Shown: positions 11,590-25,558 of the stretch, one piece after another | Layout of the letters: every line of letters starts with the position of its first letter | Position numbering within the stretch: the first letter of the stretch is position 1 | DNA from: Octopus bimaculoides | Taxonomy: Eukaryota | Direction: 5' to 3' | NCBI RefSeq assembly: GCF_001194135.2 | Contig: NC_068984.1 | Location: forward strand, 27,788,486 to 27,852,485 | DNA: 64,000 nucleotides | The notes under the pieces: model-generated | What the model was told of the DNA's origin: nothing | Databases searched by the model: none | The model's input: only the letters and a program-made list of their open reading frames with translations | Program-made: the position numbers and the translations under genes

Positions 11590-12430
11590 AGATTGTTAAT
11601 GTTTTCTCCCATTTCATTTTCCATCTAGGTTGCTTCCGTTTAATAATTTCATTGCCAAGTATACCGCAGATTTATTTTAGATTTTAAGAGTAATAGAAAC
11701 TGCGTATATGAGGATATTGATGTTCCAGTAATTAGCATCACCATTGCATGTGATCTCCAGTGATATCATTGATAACTTTCAACAACAGAGCAGTTGGGGG
11801 TTTTCCTTGAGTTTGCTGAAAAGGGCTTGCCACTCAACGATAGTTTCTAAAAAGTAGAAAAGTCTTCAACTAAGTGATGTTTCATGATGCTTCTAAGTTG
11901 AATATATTTCCACAGTAGTCTATGTCGACTCAGTAACATTTGGATATAGACGAGGATTTAATGGTGGTAGCAGCGTTTGTTTATATTATTTTTGATATCT
12001 CTTATAGTAGATTTTGGCCAATTCTCAGTGTTTTGAAAAGATTGCTTACCATCACAAAAGTAAGGCAATTTTTTTTCAGGGAAAGCTGCTTGTTGCCAGA
12101 ACTGCTTTGCTGTAAAGATATATGAGTTGGGGGTTAACTCAGTTCCAGGACTTTTTAACTGCTTTGTATAGACAATAGAATGATCATCACAGGCTTTTCT
12201 ATAGCTCTGAAGTAGATCTTGGATTAGATGTAAGATCCAAGTAAAATTATTAGAACACATACATGTTCGTAAATACTGGTGATGTAGTATTGCTTACGTC
12301 AGCGGTGTTGTTATTAGTTTCAACCATGATCATGCTAGTATGAGGTCTATTTTTAAAAATACATTCAGAATAACACCGTGATGGCAAATAAAAGCAGTTA
12401 CTGCTTTCGGTGGGAGGAGTTGACACAATT
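11590..12430 (-). mobile_element. BEL/Pao LTR retrotransposon pol relic (RT and integrase fragments)
   Basis: With frameshifts: CFYLP(H)HGVI, LIQDLL, VDIDYCGNIF and LVEDFSTF..GKP, matching the BEL/Pao motifs YLPHH.V, GIDY.GP and LV.DLST. Confidence 0.5.
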
Positions 12431-13939
12431 GTAAAAAAAAAAAAATTGCTCAAAAAGGTATTTTAAACAGACCTCAAAATCAGTTCTTTGATATTGAGGG
12501 TACCACATGTATGTACGTACATATATATGTATGTGTATATAGATACACATATATATATACATATATATCTATATATATTCATATATATGTATGCGTATAT
12601 ATATATATATATATATGGGTGTGTGTGCATGTATATATGCATATATATAAAATGGACGCTAAAAGATGATGATGATGATGATGGTATATGCATATATTTC
12701 TGTTTGTGTGTTCAATTATGTCAGAATAAAAAAAATATACCCTGTATGAAATTATATATCCACATATCCCAATGTATCTATTTAAGTAAAAGTATTTATG
12801 AAAGTATGCAGGTATGTATTTCTACATGTTACATATATTTTAAGTCATATTTCATTCTTTTTGCCTTTCAGCATTACTTTCTACATCTCAAAAAGACACT
12901 AATAACATATCTACTATTTAAACCTAACTCACTCCTGACTCTATACAATCAAGTATATAGAAATATCATATACGGAAAACACAATAATCTTAATGCATTT
13001 TTAACGTACTTTATATTGCAAGCTATGAAGCATTAGAGAAATATTTTTTACACTTCTATTTATTCTGAAATTCAAACATATACCATACTCTACATTTCTT
13101 CATAATCATATATCCATTTGCATACAATGCAATACAGTACAATGACCAGGTCCTTCCAACAGCATTGCACACAAGCAATACATTTTCTCTCACTTTGTAA
13201 TTAAGAACCATTAAAGATCGATGCCTCGTTTTTTTTTCCTGCTGACATCAGTTTTATTAATTCCAAGTTGTCACTGCTACAACAGCCATTAGTTTTAAAT
13301 CAATAAACTTTCCTACTTTTTTAAAAAAATTATTTCCTATTCTTCTAGGTTTTGTTTGTTAATTTTTTTCAATCTTTTAGTTTCGAATTTATTTTTATTT
13401 TCACTCACAGTTATTATTATCTTTCGTTTTTACTTTTGTTTCCTTGTGTAGGAAATGATTCTTCAACCTAGTTGGTGGTTGGCCACCAATTCTCTTTTAA
13501 TCTTTTCCTATATTTCTCTGGATAAATTACATTTTGTTTCCTGTTGTTGTTACTGTATGCATTTTTTTTATTGATGTGGTTGTTATTTTATAAATACATA
13601 CACAAACACACAGACAGATGTATACTTATAAGCAAGTCTCTCAATCAATTAAATTGAAGGCCAAATAGGACATTATATCTTCTTGTATTTAAAGTCATCT
13701 CAGATGTGAGGTGTTCATTTTCCTTTAAGTAATGATCCAGTCAGTAAAGAAACCTCTATGTGGTTGCTCACTTGCTGGAAATAGCAAACAAACGCCTCTC
13801 AAATAATACCACATAGCCTTTAAAAATATACATTGGATATAGTCCTAAATTTTAAAACTGATAAAAAACTGGTTGAGCATGGCTTGAATATATATATGCA
13901 TCCTCCTGAGTCAGGACTTCTTTGGTAGNNNNNNNNNNT

Positions 13940-14100
13940 ATATATAAATAATACAAAATGGGACAAGAAAGCAAAACATCCAGATAGACGATACAAAGAA
14001 AACAAGGACAGGTCATTTGGAGTTTTCTTTCATCAGTCGAGTTCCAGATTATCTTTGCAATTTCAGCTGGTTATACTCGATATTACTCTGCATGTATGTG
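13940..14100. mobile_element. Short dispersed-repeat fragment, possibly Penelope-related
   Basis: Layout (aaataatacaaaatgggacaagaa...ttatactcga) resembles the other terminal fragments next to (TA)n in this window; family recalled, not searched. Confidence 0.3.
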
Positions 14101-16568
14101 TGTGTGATTATGAATATATGTATATGTGTGCGTGAGAGTTTCAGTGTATGTGTATGTTTGGTAGTTTGTGCTTCCTTGTCTTGACAACATGCAATAGATA
14201 TAAAGGATGTCTCTGTCATATAAAATGGTGTGTCTCCTTTAATATTTTCCCTGAAAACATGTTTGGCCATAGAGAATTGTTACTGTGCATGGAAAAAGAT
14301 GAGGCTTGATAACAGATAGGAGATACACCGATAGAAAATCTAACTCCGCATATATTTCATGTGATACACGGAAGTATGGAAAGACAGATGCTCAAAAGGA
14401 GGAGATTGAAGCCCAAACCACATGACTGATTGTTTAGTAAACTTCTTATGCACACAAAGCATGACAATGCCACTACAATTATTAATGATATTTATGACCC
14501 ATATGTATTATTTAATTGGTAAAAGCATGTCAATAATTTAATAATACAATGGTTGTAATATTCTTTAAAGCATGTGACTGCTAGTAAGTATTCATTACTA
14601 CATTTGAATATCAAGTAAGCCACTACAAAATCTATTTTGAATTTTCCATTATTATTTTTAAAAATTTGAGTGCCATGCATTTTCACATTAGACACTTTTA
14701 TATGATTAGTGATATTAATTTTTTCTAAAAGAAATTATTCTATCCATGATATTACATTACACTTCATCTTATACACAACTTGATCAGCTTTTACTGAAAT
14801 GATTTTCCTGTTTTTTCTTTGCAGTTATTTTGATGAAGAATAGGATAATTATTTTGACTTTCAGCATTATGTCAGTAGATTTACCAGTCTTTAGTCTTGA
14901 AGGAGGCTGACTTTATTCTTAATTTTCTTTGTTAATATCATTTTCTTCAACACTAAAACCATCGCCATTATTTCATGAAATATGAAATTGCCTCTAAATC
15001 TTCCGACATGACAGTAAGAAGACTGGAATGAGGAGGAGGAGGTGGAGGAAAGGGGTGGTGAACTGTGGTGGTGGTGGTGGAAATAATTATGCTGGTATTC
15101 AATCATTGCCATTGTCCTATTACTCTTTATCATCATCAATGCTATCATGAATATTATGATTATGATCATATACAAAGAATAACAAGGAAGCAATTTATAG
15201 CACTATAAACCTTGACAGGCATTTAAGTACACAAATACAGAAACGAATTTCATTTATATATTTGCATATATGCTGCTAATGAATCAGCAGTGTTCACATT
15301 AACACTAAGAAGCTCAGAGATATTTATTAATTTCTTCTTGTTTAAGAGCACGGTTTTATTCTTTTACCACTCTCAGCTATTTTAACCCTACTAATATCAA
15401 GTCCCAAAATATAAAATTCCTAATGCTAGCTTGCTCATATTTAAATTTTACTTAGGAAATTTTTATGTTGTGCTTCAAACACCAAGAAATGTTTCATTAG
15501 AAATAAGGGAAGGAAAATGGATAAGCCACCAAATTTCTTAACAATTTGCTAATTTATTGCACCACAATGATCTGCAATTCATAATTAAGTGAAATTAGTT
15601 TTGTCATTAACCCTGGTCTTTAAAGAGAGGTGAGTTTCTACATTTTCCAAGTTATAATGCAGTGATACTGTAGTGTTCAAGAAACATTTAACCACTTAAC
15701 CATACAGCAAACACTACTATATGGTTGAGAGGTTAGGTTTACCACTAAGTGGTTATGGGTTTTACAACTGTTCAGCATCTTGACAACAGCTTGAGGTGAG
15801 CAAAAACTGACAAGTGAGATTTGGTTGACAGAACAGGAATAACTTGTTGACATTAGGCATTTAGCATTTGTTTTGAACTGATGTAGATTAATGTTTTGAA
15901 CTGTTTTGAACTGATGTAGATTAATGGAAAGAAAACACAGCCATAATATAACTTCAGAGATTTGAGTAACTGTTTGTAGAGTATTCAATAGGATTCTGAG
16001 TTATGAAGTCTACTGTGGAAAATATTCCGAGGTTAGATAAATTTCCAAGTACCTTTCCTGTTCCTTCCCAGCATCCTTTTCCTAGATAATACTCTCCTAT
16101 AGTCTGACATAATCTTGGGAAAGGTGAAGTTCATTTACAACCATCATGCAATATCATGACAAGGAGACGACACACTCACATGCGCATTGACATACCCATG
16201 CACACGCAAATACATATATACTCACACATACATAGATAGATAAATAGATAGAGAGATTGACTAACAGATAAGCAGAGAGATATGATGGGCTTGTTTCTAT
16301 TAATGACGACTAATTTCACTCACAAGGATTGGCTTGACTTGACAATAATAGATGCCCAGAGTAACATGCTTTAGGACTGAACCCAAAATCACATTTGGCA
16401 AGTGAACATCCCATTACAAAGCAGGGCTGTAAATGAGTATGTACGTATGTATGTATGTATGTAGGTATGTATGTATAGATAGATAGATAGATATGCATAT
16501 ATACATATATAAATTAGCATATATATATAAATATGCATATATATGCTTACATTTATATATATATGTTT

Positions 16569-16601
<33 letters not shown>

Positions 16602-16890
16602 NNNNNNNNNNNNNNNNNNNNNNNNNNNNNNNNNNNNNNNNNNNNNNNNNNNNNNNNNNNNNNNNNNNNNNNNNNNNNNNNNNNNNNNNNNNNNNNNNNN
16701 NNNNNNNNNNNNNNNNNNNNNNNNNNNNNNNNNNNNNNNNNNNNNNNNNNNNNNNNNNNNNNNNNNNNNNNNNNNNNNNNNNNNNNNNNNNNNNNNNNNN
16801 NNNNNNNNNNNNNNNNNNNNNATTTCACTACCAGTGGCTTAGCATGTATAAAAAGTCAAAAGACGACATATTATTCAATATAAAATAGTG

Positions 16891-17210
16891 TACATTTAAA
16901 CAAAGAGAAATTACCTATAGCAGGCAATTTCTACATGCTAGGAGACAGTCAAACTGACTGAAAACTACAAAATTTAAGAAATTTCAAAGGGAATGAAAAA
17001 TTAAAAACTTTTACCTTGTTGTCATGAAACCTATAAAATTCGAAACCTATAGGTATAATCGTAAAAACAAGGTAAAAGTTTTTATTTTTTATTTTTTATG
17101 TTTTCATTCCTTTTGAAAATGCTTAACTTTTGTGGTTTTCAGTCATTTTGACTGTCTCTTAGTGTGTAGAAACTGCCTGTTAATAGGTAATTTCTCTTTG
17201 TTTAAATATA
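16891..17210. mobile_element. Foldback MITE (~320 bp, ~130 bp imperfect inverted arms)
   Basis: tttaaacaaagagaaattacctat...cttttaccttgtt is mirrored by aacaaggtaaaag...ataggtaatttctctttgtttaaa. Confidence 0.85.
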
Positions 17211-17236
17211 TATATATATATATTCAAACATACATA

Positions 17237-17735
17237 CAGTAGCAGCCATAATATAAGCAACTACTGTAGGAAGGTCTAGAAGTGTTGTACAATGAATTGT
17301 AACTCGTTTTAAGTCATCAGGATCAACAGATGCTAAACCTAAAACCGGCAAACCTCGAAAAACTCCAAGACTGGATCGCATTATGGTTAGAATGTCACTG
17401 AAGGATAGGTTTAAGAGTTTAGCTCCACTTCCGATATCAACATATCATGCAAAAACAGTTTTTGGGAGGTTAAGAGGTTCTGGGTTGCTTGCTCAGGCAC
17501 CAGTAAAGAAATCTCTGATCTCCAAGAAGAATCAAAGAGCCTGTCTTTGTTTTGCTCTCAAACATGTCAGTTGGACAGAAGATCAGTGGTCGCAGGTTCA
17601 TTTTAGTGATGAATCGAAGTTTATTGGTTCCAATGGCAGGATGTATGTCCTACGAAGAAATAGTGAAAGTTAATTCGTGCATGTGTGAAGAGACAGTGAA
17701 ATATGAAGGAGGCATAGTCTGTTCTTCAGACTAAA
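17237..17735 (+). mobile_element. Tc1-like transposase fragment with left TIR
   Basis: TA|CAGTAGCAGCCATAATATAAGCAAC TIR-like start. Translation: GRSRSVVQ..TGKPRKT..DRIMVRMSLKDRFKS..APVKKSLISKKNQRACLCFALKHVSWTEDQWSQVHFSDESKF, with the first catalytic D in SDESKF. Confidence 0.88.
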
Positions 17736-18919
17736 AAGCTATGGACATTATTTCAAAATAGAGAAAATGAGATGATTTAAAGAGCAGAATAAAAGCCTTT
17801 TCAGCAAACATTTCTTGATATTCTTGCAAATCATATAGAATCGGATTTTTCTTGTCAAGATTTTGAAAGCTTCAATTTATTTCAGTTAAATATGTTTGTT
17901 GTTTTGATGTATAATAAGGCTAGAAACTTGCTTTTTGTTGTATTTTGGGCAAAAAAAGATTTCTTATTACAAATGAGGTTCATTCAGGTTAGAAATTGTA
18001 TTTTTTTATTTTCTTAGCAGAAGTTTCTTCATAGTTCAATGTTCTAGTTAAAGATATGACAGAAAAAAAAAATAAATAAATAAAAATAAAACAGATGATC
18101 TGGTCTGCTAAGTGTATATTCTAGTTTTATTTAATATATAAGAATCACAAAATACCTAAGAAAATGAAATTTTCTCTCCTGGAGGCAACTTATTTATGCA
18201 GAAATACTGAATAAATATCTGAAAAGAAAAATACCAGAGCTAAAGTATGTTTTAATATTTAGTGATCTGTATGAGAATTAGAGCAATAGAGCAGAAAATA
18301 GGATAGTGTTATTATAAAAATGAAAAGTCATATTTCAACATTTTTTTTTTAAACTAGAGATCAGATGACATCAGTTGGTATTTTTTCTTTATTTATTCAT
18401 TTATTTTTATTTTCAAAGTATAAACAAAAGCCTGAAAGATGGTATCAAAGAAAATTTAATGATAACATTTGATTAAACTTCAGAGTGGCTGCTTAAAGAA
18501 AGGGAAAGAAAAGATACAAGTAACCAATAACAATAATGTATAGAGTTGACGTGTTTAGCCTCATATCAGTACTAAATACCGTGGGCCACCCATACATATA
18601 GTGACTTTGTCATTGGCTCATAATATGTTTAGTAATACAATGCATAAAAGTGATGCTGCTGTAAACAGAATTGTGTGTTCTCATTAGATGTTCTCAACAG
18701 ACTCATATTAAATTACAAAAGAAATGTTTATACTCTTTTGAGAATGAGTTAAAAAACTTTATAGCAAACAATTAATTTAGCTGCAAAATTGTGAATTGTA
18801 TGGAAAGATTTCAAACTGCACAGTGGTCACTTTTCCAGCTGATGTAGATTTTGTCAAGAGTTAATTTCATGAAATGTTTAGAAGCAAATACTGTCTAGCA
18901 AAATATATTTTGTAATAAA

Positions 18920-18954
<35 letters not shown>

Positions 18955-18974
18955 CATCACCTGTACATCATCTT

Positions 18975-19230
18975 TTATCTTTCACTCGTTTCAGTCATTA
19001 GACTGTGGCCATGCTGGGGCACCACCTTGAAGAAGTTTTGGTAAAATGAATCGACCCCAGTAATTTTTCTTTTTAAGCCTGTTACTTATTCTATTAATCT
19101 CTTTTATCAAACTGCTAAGTTATAGGGAGGTAAACACACCAACACCGGTTGTCAATCAGTGGTGGAAGGATATTCACATTCACAAAGACACACACACCGA
19201 TACACACACACATGCACACACACAAATACA

Positions 19231-19270
<40 letters not shown>

Positions 19271-19410
19271 ACAGGCTTCTTTCAGTTTCCATCTACCAAA
19301 TCCACTCACAAGGTTTTGGTTGGCCTGAGGCTATAGTTGAAGACACTTGCCCAAGGTACCATGCAATAGGACTGAACCCAGAACCAAGAGGTTGGGAAGT
19401 GAACTTGAGA
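18975..19410 (-). mobile_element. tRNA-derived SINE with central conserved domain and internal (CA)n
   Basis: rc contains ttgggcaagtgtcttcaactatagcctcaggcc..gtgagtggatttggtagatggaaactgaaagaagcc plus the tail shared with 8259-8448. Confidence 0.85.
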
Positions 19411-19489
19411 ACAAAATTTTAAAAACCAATATATTTTAAAATATTTGATGAACATAATTTTACATACACATAGCAAAAGGCTATTCAAT

Positions 19490-20500
19490 TAAACTACTAT
19501 CCACATCAGCTGTTGTCTCAGTACAGCTTCTGAAACACTTAAATGTGTTGATCAGATAATCTTTATTCATGTTAACCATAATGTCCCCAATAGCAGACCT
19601 CGAAAAATCCACAGTATTGTGGGCTTGCTTGTTGGTCACCCCTCAACAATGGTCTGGATATAGTTCTCCAAGCAGTTAAATCAGGAAAGTTAAGGGAAGG
19701 GCAAAATGTTAGGGGTAACATAATCATGAAGAATTTTGGTTATCCACTCTTAGATCATGCAGGCTGTGATAGAGGGGGCAGAGTCTTGCTGGAACACATA
19801 TGACTTCCCCCAAGCAATTCTCTCAATCCAGGGTCTGACAACCATCTCCATTATTCTGATGTAGGCTTTGACATTGATCCTAAGAACTTATGAATCCCAT
19901 CTCAATCTCATTACAAACAATGGGAACCTGGTATGCATAAGAGTGGGAATTTCAATGCCTGGCACAGAGCCATCTTACATTTGTCCTGTTCACATTTTGA
20001 TTTTGGATAAAGCTCTCCTCTGAAAAGAACCAGAGACTGTTTGGCTCTTCACAGGGCTTGAATTTGTTCAGCTAGTGTTTCAACAGGATCACACAGTTCT
20101 CTTGGGTCTTGTTATTTGAATCAAATTACAGAAAGATTGTTATGCTCTTTTGAGAATGAGTTAAAAATCTTCATAGTAAACAATTAATTTAGGATTTGTA
20201 CCAGATGCCTTCATGCATCACACATCTAATCATTGGTTCCAACACATTACGATGATTGGTTATGACCCTGATTGACTTGCTGAGATTCTCATTGATGATG
20301 CCCTGGACTTGCTGAATAAGCTCAACGTTTCTAACATTGTCTGACCATCAAGAATGTTTTTTTAACTTTTGGGCACAGAAGACACATTCCTGCCAAAGGC
20401 CAGGAGCTCTTTTCTGATCTTAAACACGAAGGAGTTGACAACCTTTAAGAAAACTGCAATCACAGAATCATTAGTTGGTGGGTAAAGTGACAAGAATTGC
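19490..20500 (-). mobile_element. maT/DD37D-type Tc1-mariner transposase relic
   Basis: rc translates to RINVKAYIRIMEMVVRPWIERIAWGKSYVFQQDSAPS..PNFPDL..VTNKQAHNTVDFSRSAIGDIMVNMNKDYLIN; 5' boundary approximate. Confidence 0.75.
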
Positions 20501-21865
20501 ATGCCTTTTCATTGTCTGTATTAGATTTGAAGCTTCAGTGTTGGGGCTGAAAAAAAGTATGGATACTTAGTTAAAGATTGGACAACGTGGTTCTTAAAAG
20601 TTTTGTTCTCAAATAGCTAATGCACCAGCTATATATACTCAGTATAAATCTTATTCAACCTCTTTAATTCCTGATATCATTTCTATTTTGTCTGAGTTGG
20701 CCCTTTTCATATGTAAACATGTGTACATGTTTTGTATTAAATGTATTTGATTTTTTTTTGTATATTGACTTGCCTAACATGCTTGTCATTACATTTACTC
20801 CACTACTTGCTCAAGTTTAAATCTCTTGAGCATGGCGAAGTGTATTCTACATGGAGAATATCTGTCTGTCATCTATAAACACACACTCACACACACACTC
20901 ACACACACACATGCACACACACATACACATACATGCACACTTATGCACACGTATATATGAGATGGTCTTCCTCCAATTGCATGTGCTAAATCTTACTTCA
21001 ATGATACTAGGTGAACCTTGGACTAGTGTAAAAGACACTTTCTGAGGAATCATGCAATAGAATGGAATCTGGTTAGAAGATGACATTTTTCATCCTACAG
21101 TTATGCCTGCTTCTATTTGGCACATAAGAAATTCTTTTTATCACATTTCTGTATTTTCTGTATCTTTAGACTTAAAAACTAAACAAAAACAGCAAGAATA
21201 TATATTCATATATTCTTTATTATGCCTTCCTATGCTTCTGTTGCATTACCAAGTTTTGTTTCTAAACAGGTTTCTTCCAGTATTCTTGGAAATAACAATT
21301 TAGATATTTCTTTATTTATTTATTGATTCTAATCTCAAGTATCTTTTCAGAAAGCTTTGAGAAGGGAATTTCCAATTGCTATTGAATCCATACCATTCAA
21401 CGTTATTCACTTTCTGTCATGAACCATACATTCTGATTGCCTGCACATCAACTTTCCCAACATTATAATTTATCATCCCCAGGCATTTATTTACAAGATA
21501 ATTATACTTATTCTGGGTTGACTGAATTGGTTGACAGCAATCTTTATTCTTATCTTTTTAGGAAACTACTCGAGAGATCTTAAAACACAATGATAAATGT
21601 TGATAGTTTAAGATTATTAGATGTTTTCATAAAGTCACAATTGATGGAGTTGATTTACTAACCAAAGGGTAAATAGTTCATATCCAGAAGCTAGCTCTCT
21701 ACGATATCCTTAGCAAAGATTTGTATATCTAAATAGTCACAGCAAATGAAGCTACAAACAGGTAACATTTTCATGTAAGCAATAAGAATACAATACAATT
21801 GCTAAATTTTCATTAGGCTGTAGCACTAAAGATTGTTGCACGACCTTCAAACATTAAGCCTCATT

Positions 21866-22162
21866 GAGGCAATGACTAGTGACTGAGACCTTTGGAAATA
21901 TGCAGTGCCTCAGAAGACCCGGAAAGCCAAGTGAAACTATAACCTGTGGCCCACTTAAGCGTACCTTTCCTTCATTGGACACTAAACTCTGCTTGCAAAG
22001 ACCTGTTGTTGCAAGTGAAATCAAAATCAAATCAAATTCACAAATTCAATGACTGGTACCCGTACCGTTGGAGCGCTAAGAGCATCATCCGAGCATGGTC
22101 ACTGCCAGAGCAGCTGACTAGCTTCCATGCCGGTGGCACGTAAAAAGCACCATTCGAACGTG
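21866..22162 (+). mobile_element. RTE LINE 3' fragment (ORF end plus two tandem units)
   Basis: gaggcaatgactagtgactgagacctttggaaatatgc... matches 29715-29960. Confidence 0.85.
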
Positions 22163-24921
22163 ATGTATGTATGTATGTCATTATTCAGTTTTATTTCAAA
22201 ATTTCTGGCCAATAGAGAAAGAGCTGCTGTTTTCTAACCTAGATCCAAGGCTCTTTCATTGGAATTTCAACAATATCAACAGGGTATTTTTGTCTGTATG
22301 TATGTATGTATGTATGTATGTATATGTGCAGATTTGTGTGTTTTGTTATATGTATGTATACTCAAGCATATAGTTGCATGTTTAGACATGCTCATATGTA
22401 CCTAAATGGTAGATGAGTCTTGTAGTTATGGTGCCTTCTATAACTACAGCTTGAAAGAATCTGTTTACCTGTTGAGCTGTTGTTCTTCAGTTGTGTTGTT
22501 GATGTTGTGTCCAGCCATGTTGTTTGTAGTAACTCTCTGCATGGTAAATTCAAGTTTCAGTCAAAAATCACTACAGTCTTGTATAAAAGCCTCCTTCAGT
22601 TAATTCATCTGAAGATTAATCAGTTACTTAACAAGGTTGACAGTTGTGGCTTTAAGGTTGGAGACAGTATTCATTGTATTTTTGATAAATAGTCTCCAAT
22701 GCCAAGTATGTGACTTGTTACTTGAAGTTGCAGCTTATGTATGTATGCATGTATGCATGCATGTATATACTTGAATCTACGCATTCATATGTATAAAAGG
22801 GTTTGCAGTGATGAAAATATTGAAAATTTGGAAAGTTGAATACAAATGAAAAATTTAAATATTTATTTGTATGAAATTTTCTATTTCCTGGAAATCGTTT
22901 CAAATTTTCAAATGCTGGAAGAATGATCCTGTTTTCGTTCTGGTGTTTTAAAAATTATTTTTGGATAGTTAATCAAGAATTGAACCTGGGCCTTTATTTT
23001 TTATTCTTTTCTATGCGTTCGTTGTACCTACATTTACATTTGGTTTAAATATGTACCCATTTTTTATTTCTTATTTTCTAATGAGGCTATTAAGTCATAT
23101 CTGAAGAACTTCTCTTGAGATCCATATCCAAGAGCTATAAAATGTATTTAATAACAAGAATAGTTTCAAAAGATAGAGACATATTTCGAAATAAGATCAT
23201 TGTCTCTCACAAGAGAGTTCCTACAATAATTTGTTTAGTAAAAGTGAAAGAGAAAGAAAGCTAAAATTATTTTAATTTCACAATTAAATATTTATATATT
23301 TCTTGATTCTCTTTTCTTTTCATTTCATCCTATCTCTTCCTTTTGTTTAATTTCATTTTGTGTGTGTGTTTATGAGTTAGTGGGTGTATGTGCATTTGTG
23401 TTTGGTGGTATGGATATGTATATATATGCTTATGTGTGGTTTGGGTATGTGCATATATGCTTATATGTGTGTTAATGTGTTTGTGAGTGTATGTATGTTT
23501 GTATGTTTGTGAAAATGTGATAAATTGTCAACAAAATAATACGGAGTGATCAAATATGATGTTAATATGTTTCATTTCATTTTTTATTCTGTGATCATTA
23601 TTGTCAGTCAATTAGAAGCCATAATTTCTAATTTCTCAGTTGGTCAATTTATTTATATTGATATTTATTTAGATTTTTAATGTTTCCTTTTATCATTTCA
23701 TTCTATAGAAAAAGAAACACTTAAAAACAGGTGTTATTATTAGAATAATTCACTGCTTTACCACCAATGTATTCTCTGACAACCACATTTCTATATAAAT
23801 TATATATATAACATCATAATATATAGATGTATAAAATTATCTAATATACCCTGTTTTAAGGTTTTCATTAGTAAAAAACTATTCTATAAATTTTTATAGA
23901 TAATTAGTGAAACTGACTTCTATTTTATTAAAACACTTGTGATCAGTGGTTCTTAATATTTCAGAATGGTGCCCCAAATTAGGTTATGAATTCAGGATAG
24001 AAACCCAGAAATTGGACAAAAAGTAATAAAAGATATTTATTCTCTTTTCTACAGATTAAAAAAATGTAGACTATTTAATATACGAGTAAATATAGTGAAA
24101 AGTGATTTGATCTTTAATTAAAGAAGAAACACTGATTTAGTACCTAAAGAATGGGGAAATGGTGACTGAATTAACCTGGTTTCATTCATAACTCTACTAA
24201 ATATTGAAAATAGATTTTATTGCTTGAAAACTGAATATGCAAGTGAAAACAGCCAATTAATTTTATAATTATTGTGATTTAATTCATTTATTTTTTGAGG
24301 TCATTTATTTTATGAAGATAGATCTTGATAAGCCTCATGGAAACGATTTAAATGTTGTAAATATATCTGTACCATAGCCTATTACTTACCATTTAATAGC
24401 TTCACTTGCTGCAATAAAATTGCATTTACTATCATAAAATGGCACTATAGAATTCTTTAATATTATATAAAGATTATTTTATGCCATGATTTAGTAAAAT
24501 TAATTAGAAAATGACTGGGTTCATAACTTAGTAGACTTTTGTTGCAATGTTCTATGCAGGCTCTGTAGATGCCCTTTTCTTGCTAATTCAGTTTCATCTT
24601 TAATATCAGAAAGAAGGCTGATGCAAGGTTGCCACATTAATATCACATAAATAAGCCAAAATCCTTGTCAGAAACAGAAACTACCAGATAAAGCTAGCCA
24701 TATATATATATATATATATATANNNNNNNNNNNNNNNNNNNNNNNNNNNNNNNNNNNNNNNNNNNNNNNNNNNNNNNNNNNNNNNNNNNNNNNNNNNNNN
24801 NNNNNNNNNNNNNNNNNNNNNNNNNNNNNNNNNNNNNNNNNNNNNNNNNNNNNNNNNNNNNNNNNNNNNTTACAGAAAGCAATCACTTAGGCCTGTAAAG
24901 CATAAAGGAATAAATAAATAA

Positions 24922-24937
24922 AGTAGTAGTAGTAGTG

Positions 24938-25006
<69 letters not shown>

Positions 25007-25007
25007 A

Positions 25008-25053
<46 letters not shown>
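24922..25053. repeat. (TAG)n microsatellite, ~44 units
   Basis: Seen directly; it explains the poly-Leu and poly-Thr ORFs. Confidence 0.99.
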
Positions 25054-25054
<1 letters not shown>

Positions 25055-25489
25055 TATAGTTTAAACATTGAAAAATAGAAATAAAGATAAGAAATGTCAA
25101 ACTTTTCTATAACTATTCTCATTGTTCACAGTTTGGTGACTATTTGGCTGCAATTTTCTGTTCATTATTTTGGGGAAAAAAAGAATTGTAAATATATATA
25201 TCTAGTGCTTAATCATATATGTAGATCATTCAAAACAAAAGTAGTGATACACAGCAGTAACACTGCTTGAAAACTTTTGTACTTTCAAAAAAAAATTTAC
25301 TTACAAAACTTTTTTGGAACCCACAATAAAATATTGATAACCCAAATTTGGTACTGAATCTAAGAAACACAGTTTAGGAAGTTAGTATGTAAAAATTACT
25401 GCTGGATCATAAATTAAAGTTTCAGAATATCTATTGAATGATGATTTTTGACAAGACCCATCATTATGAAGGAGCGAATAAGATCTGAT

Positions 25490-25558
25490 ATCACTTTATG
25501 ATCAGTAATACACTTTGTGATTAGTAATACACTTTATGATTAGTGATACACTTTATGA
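25490..25558. repeat. 19 bp minisatellite, about 3.5 copies (cactttatgatyagtaata)
   Basis: Seen directly. Confidence 0.85.

Noticed and set aside
14020-14060. CTGATGA on the minus strand as another hammerhead
   Set aside because: No GAAA plus paired stem III or stem I follows.
14780-15290. Pro/His/Asp-rich coding-like region on the minus strand
   Set aside because: Stops in all frames; explained by trinucleotide low complexity.
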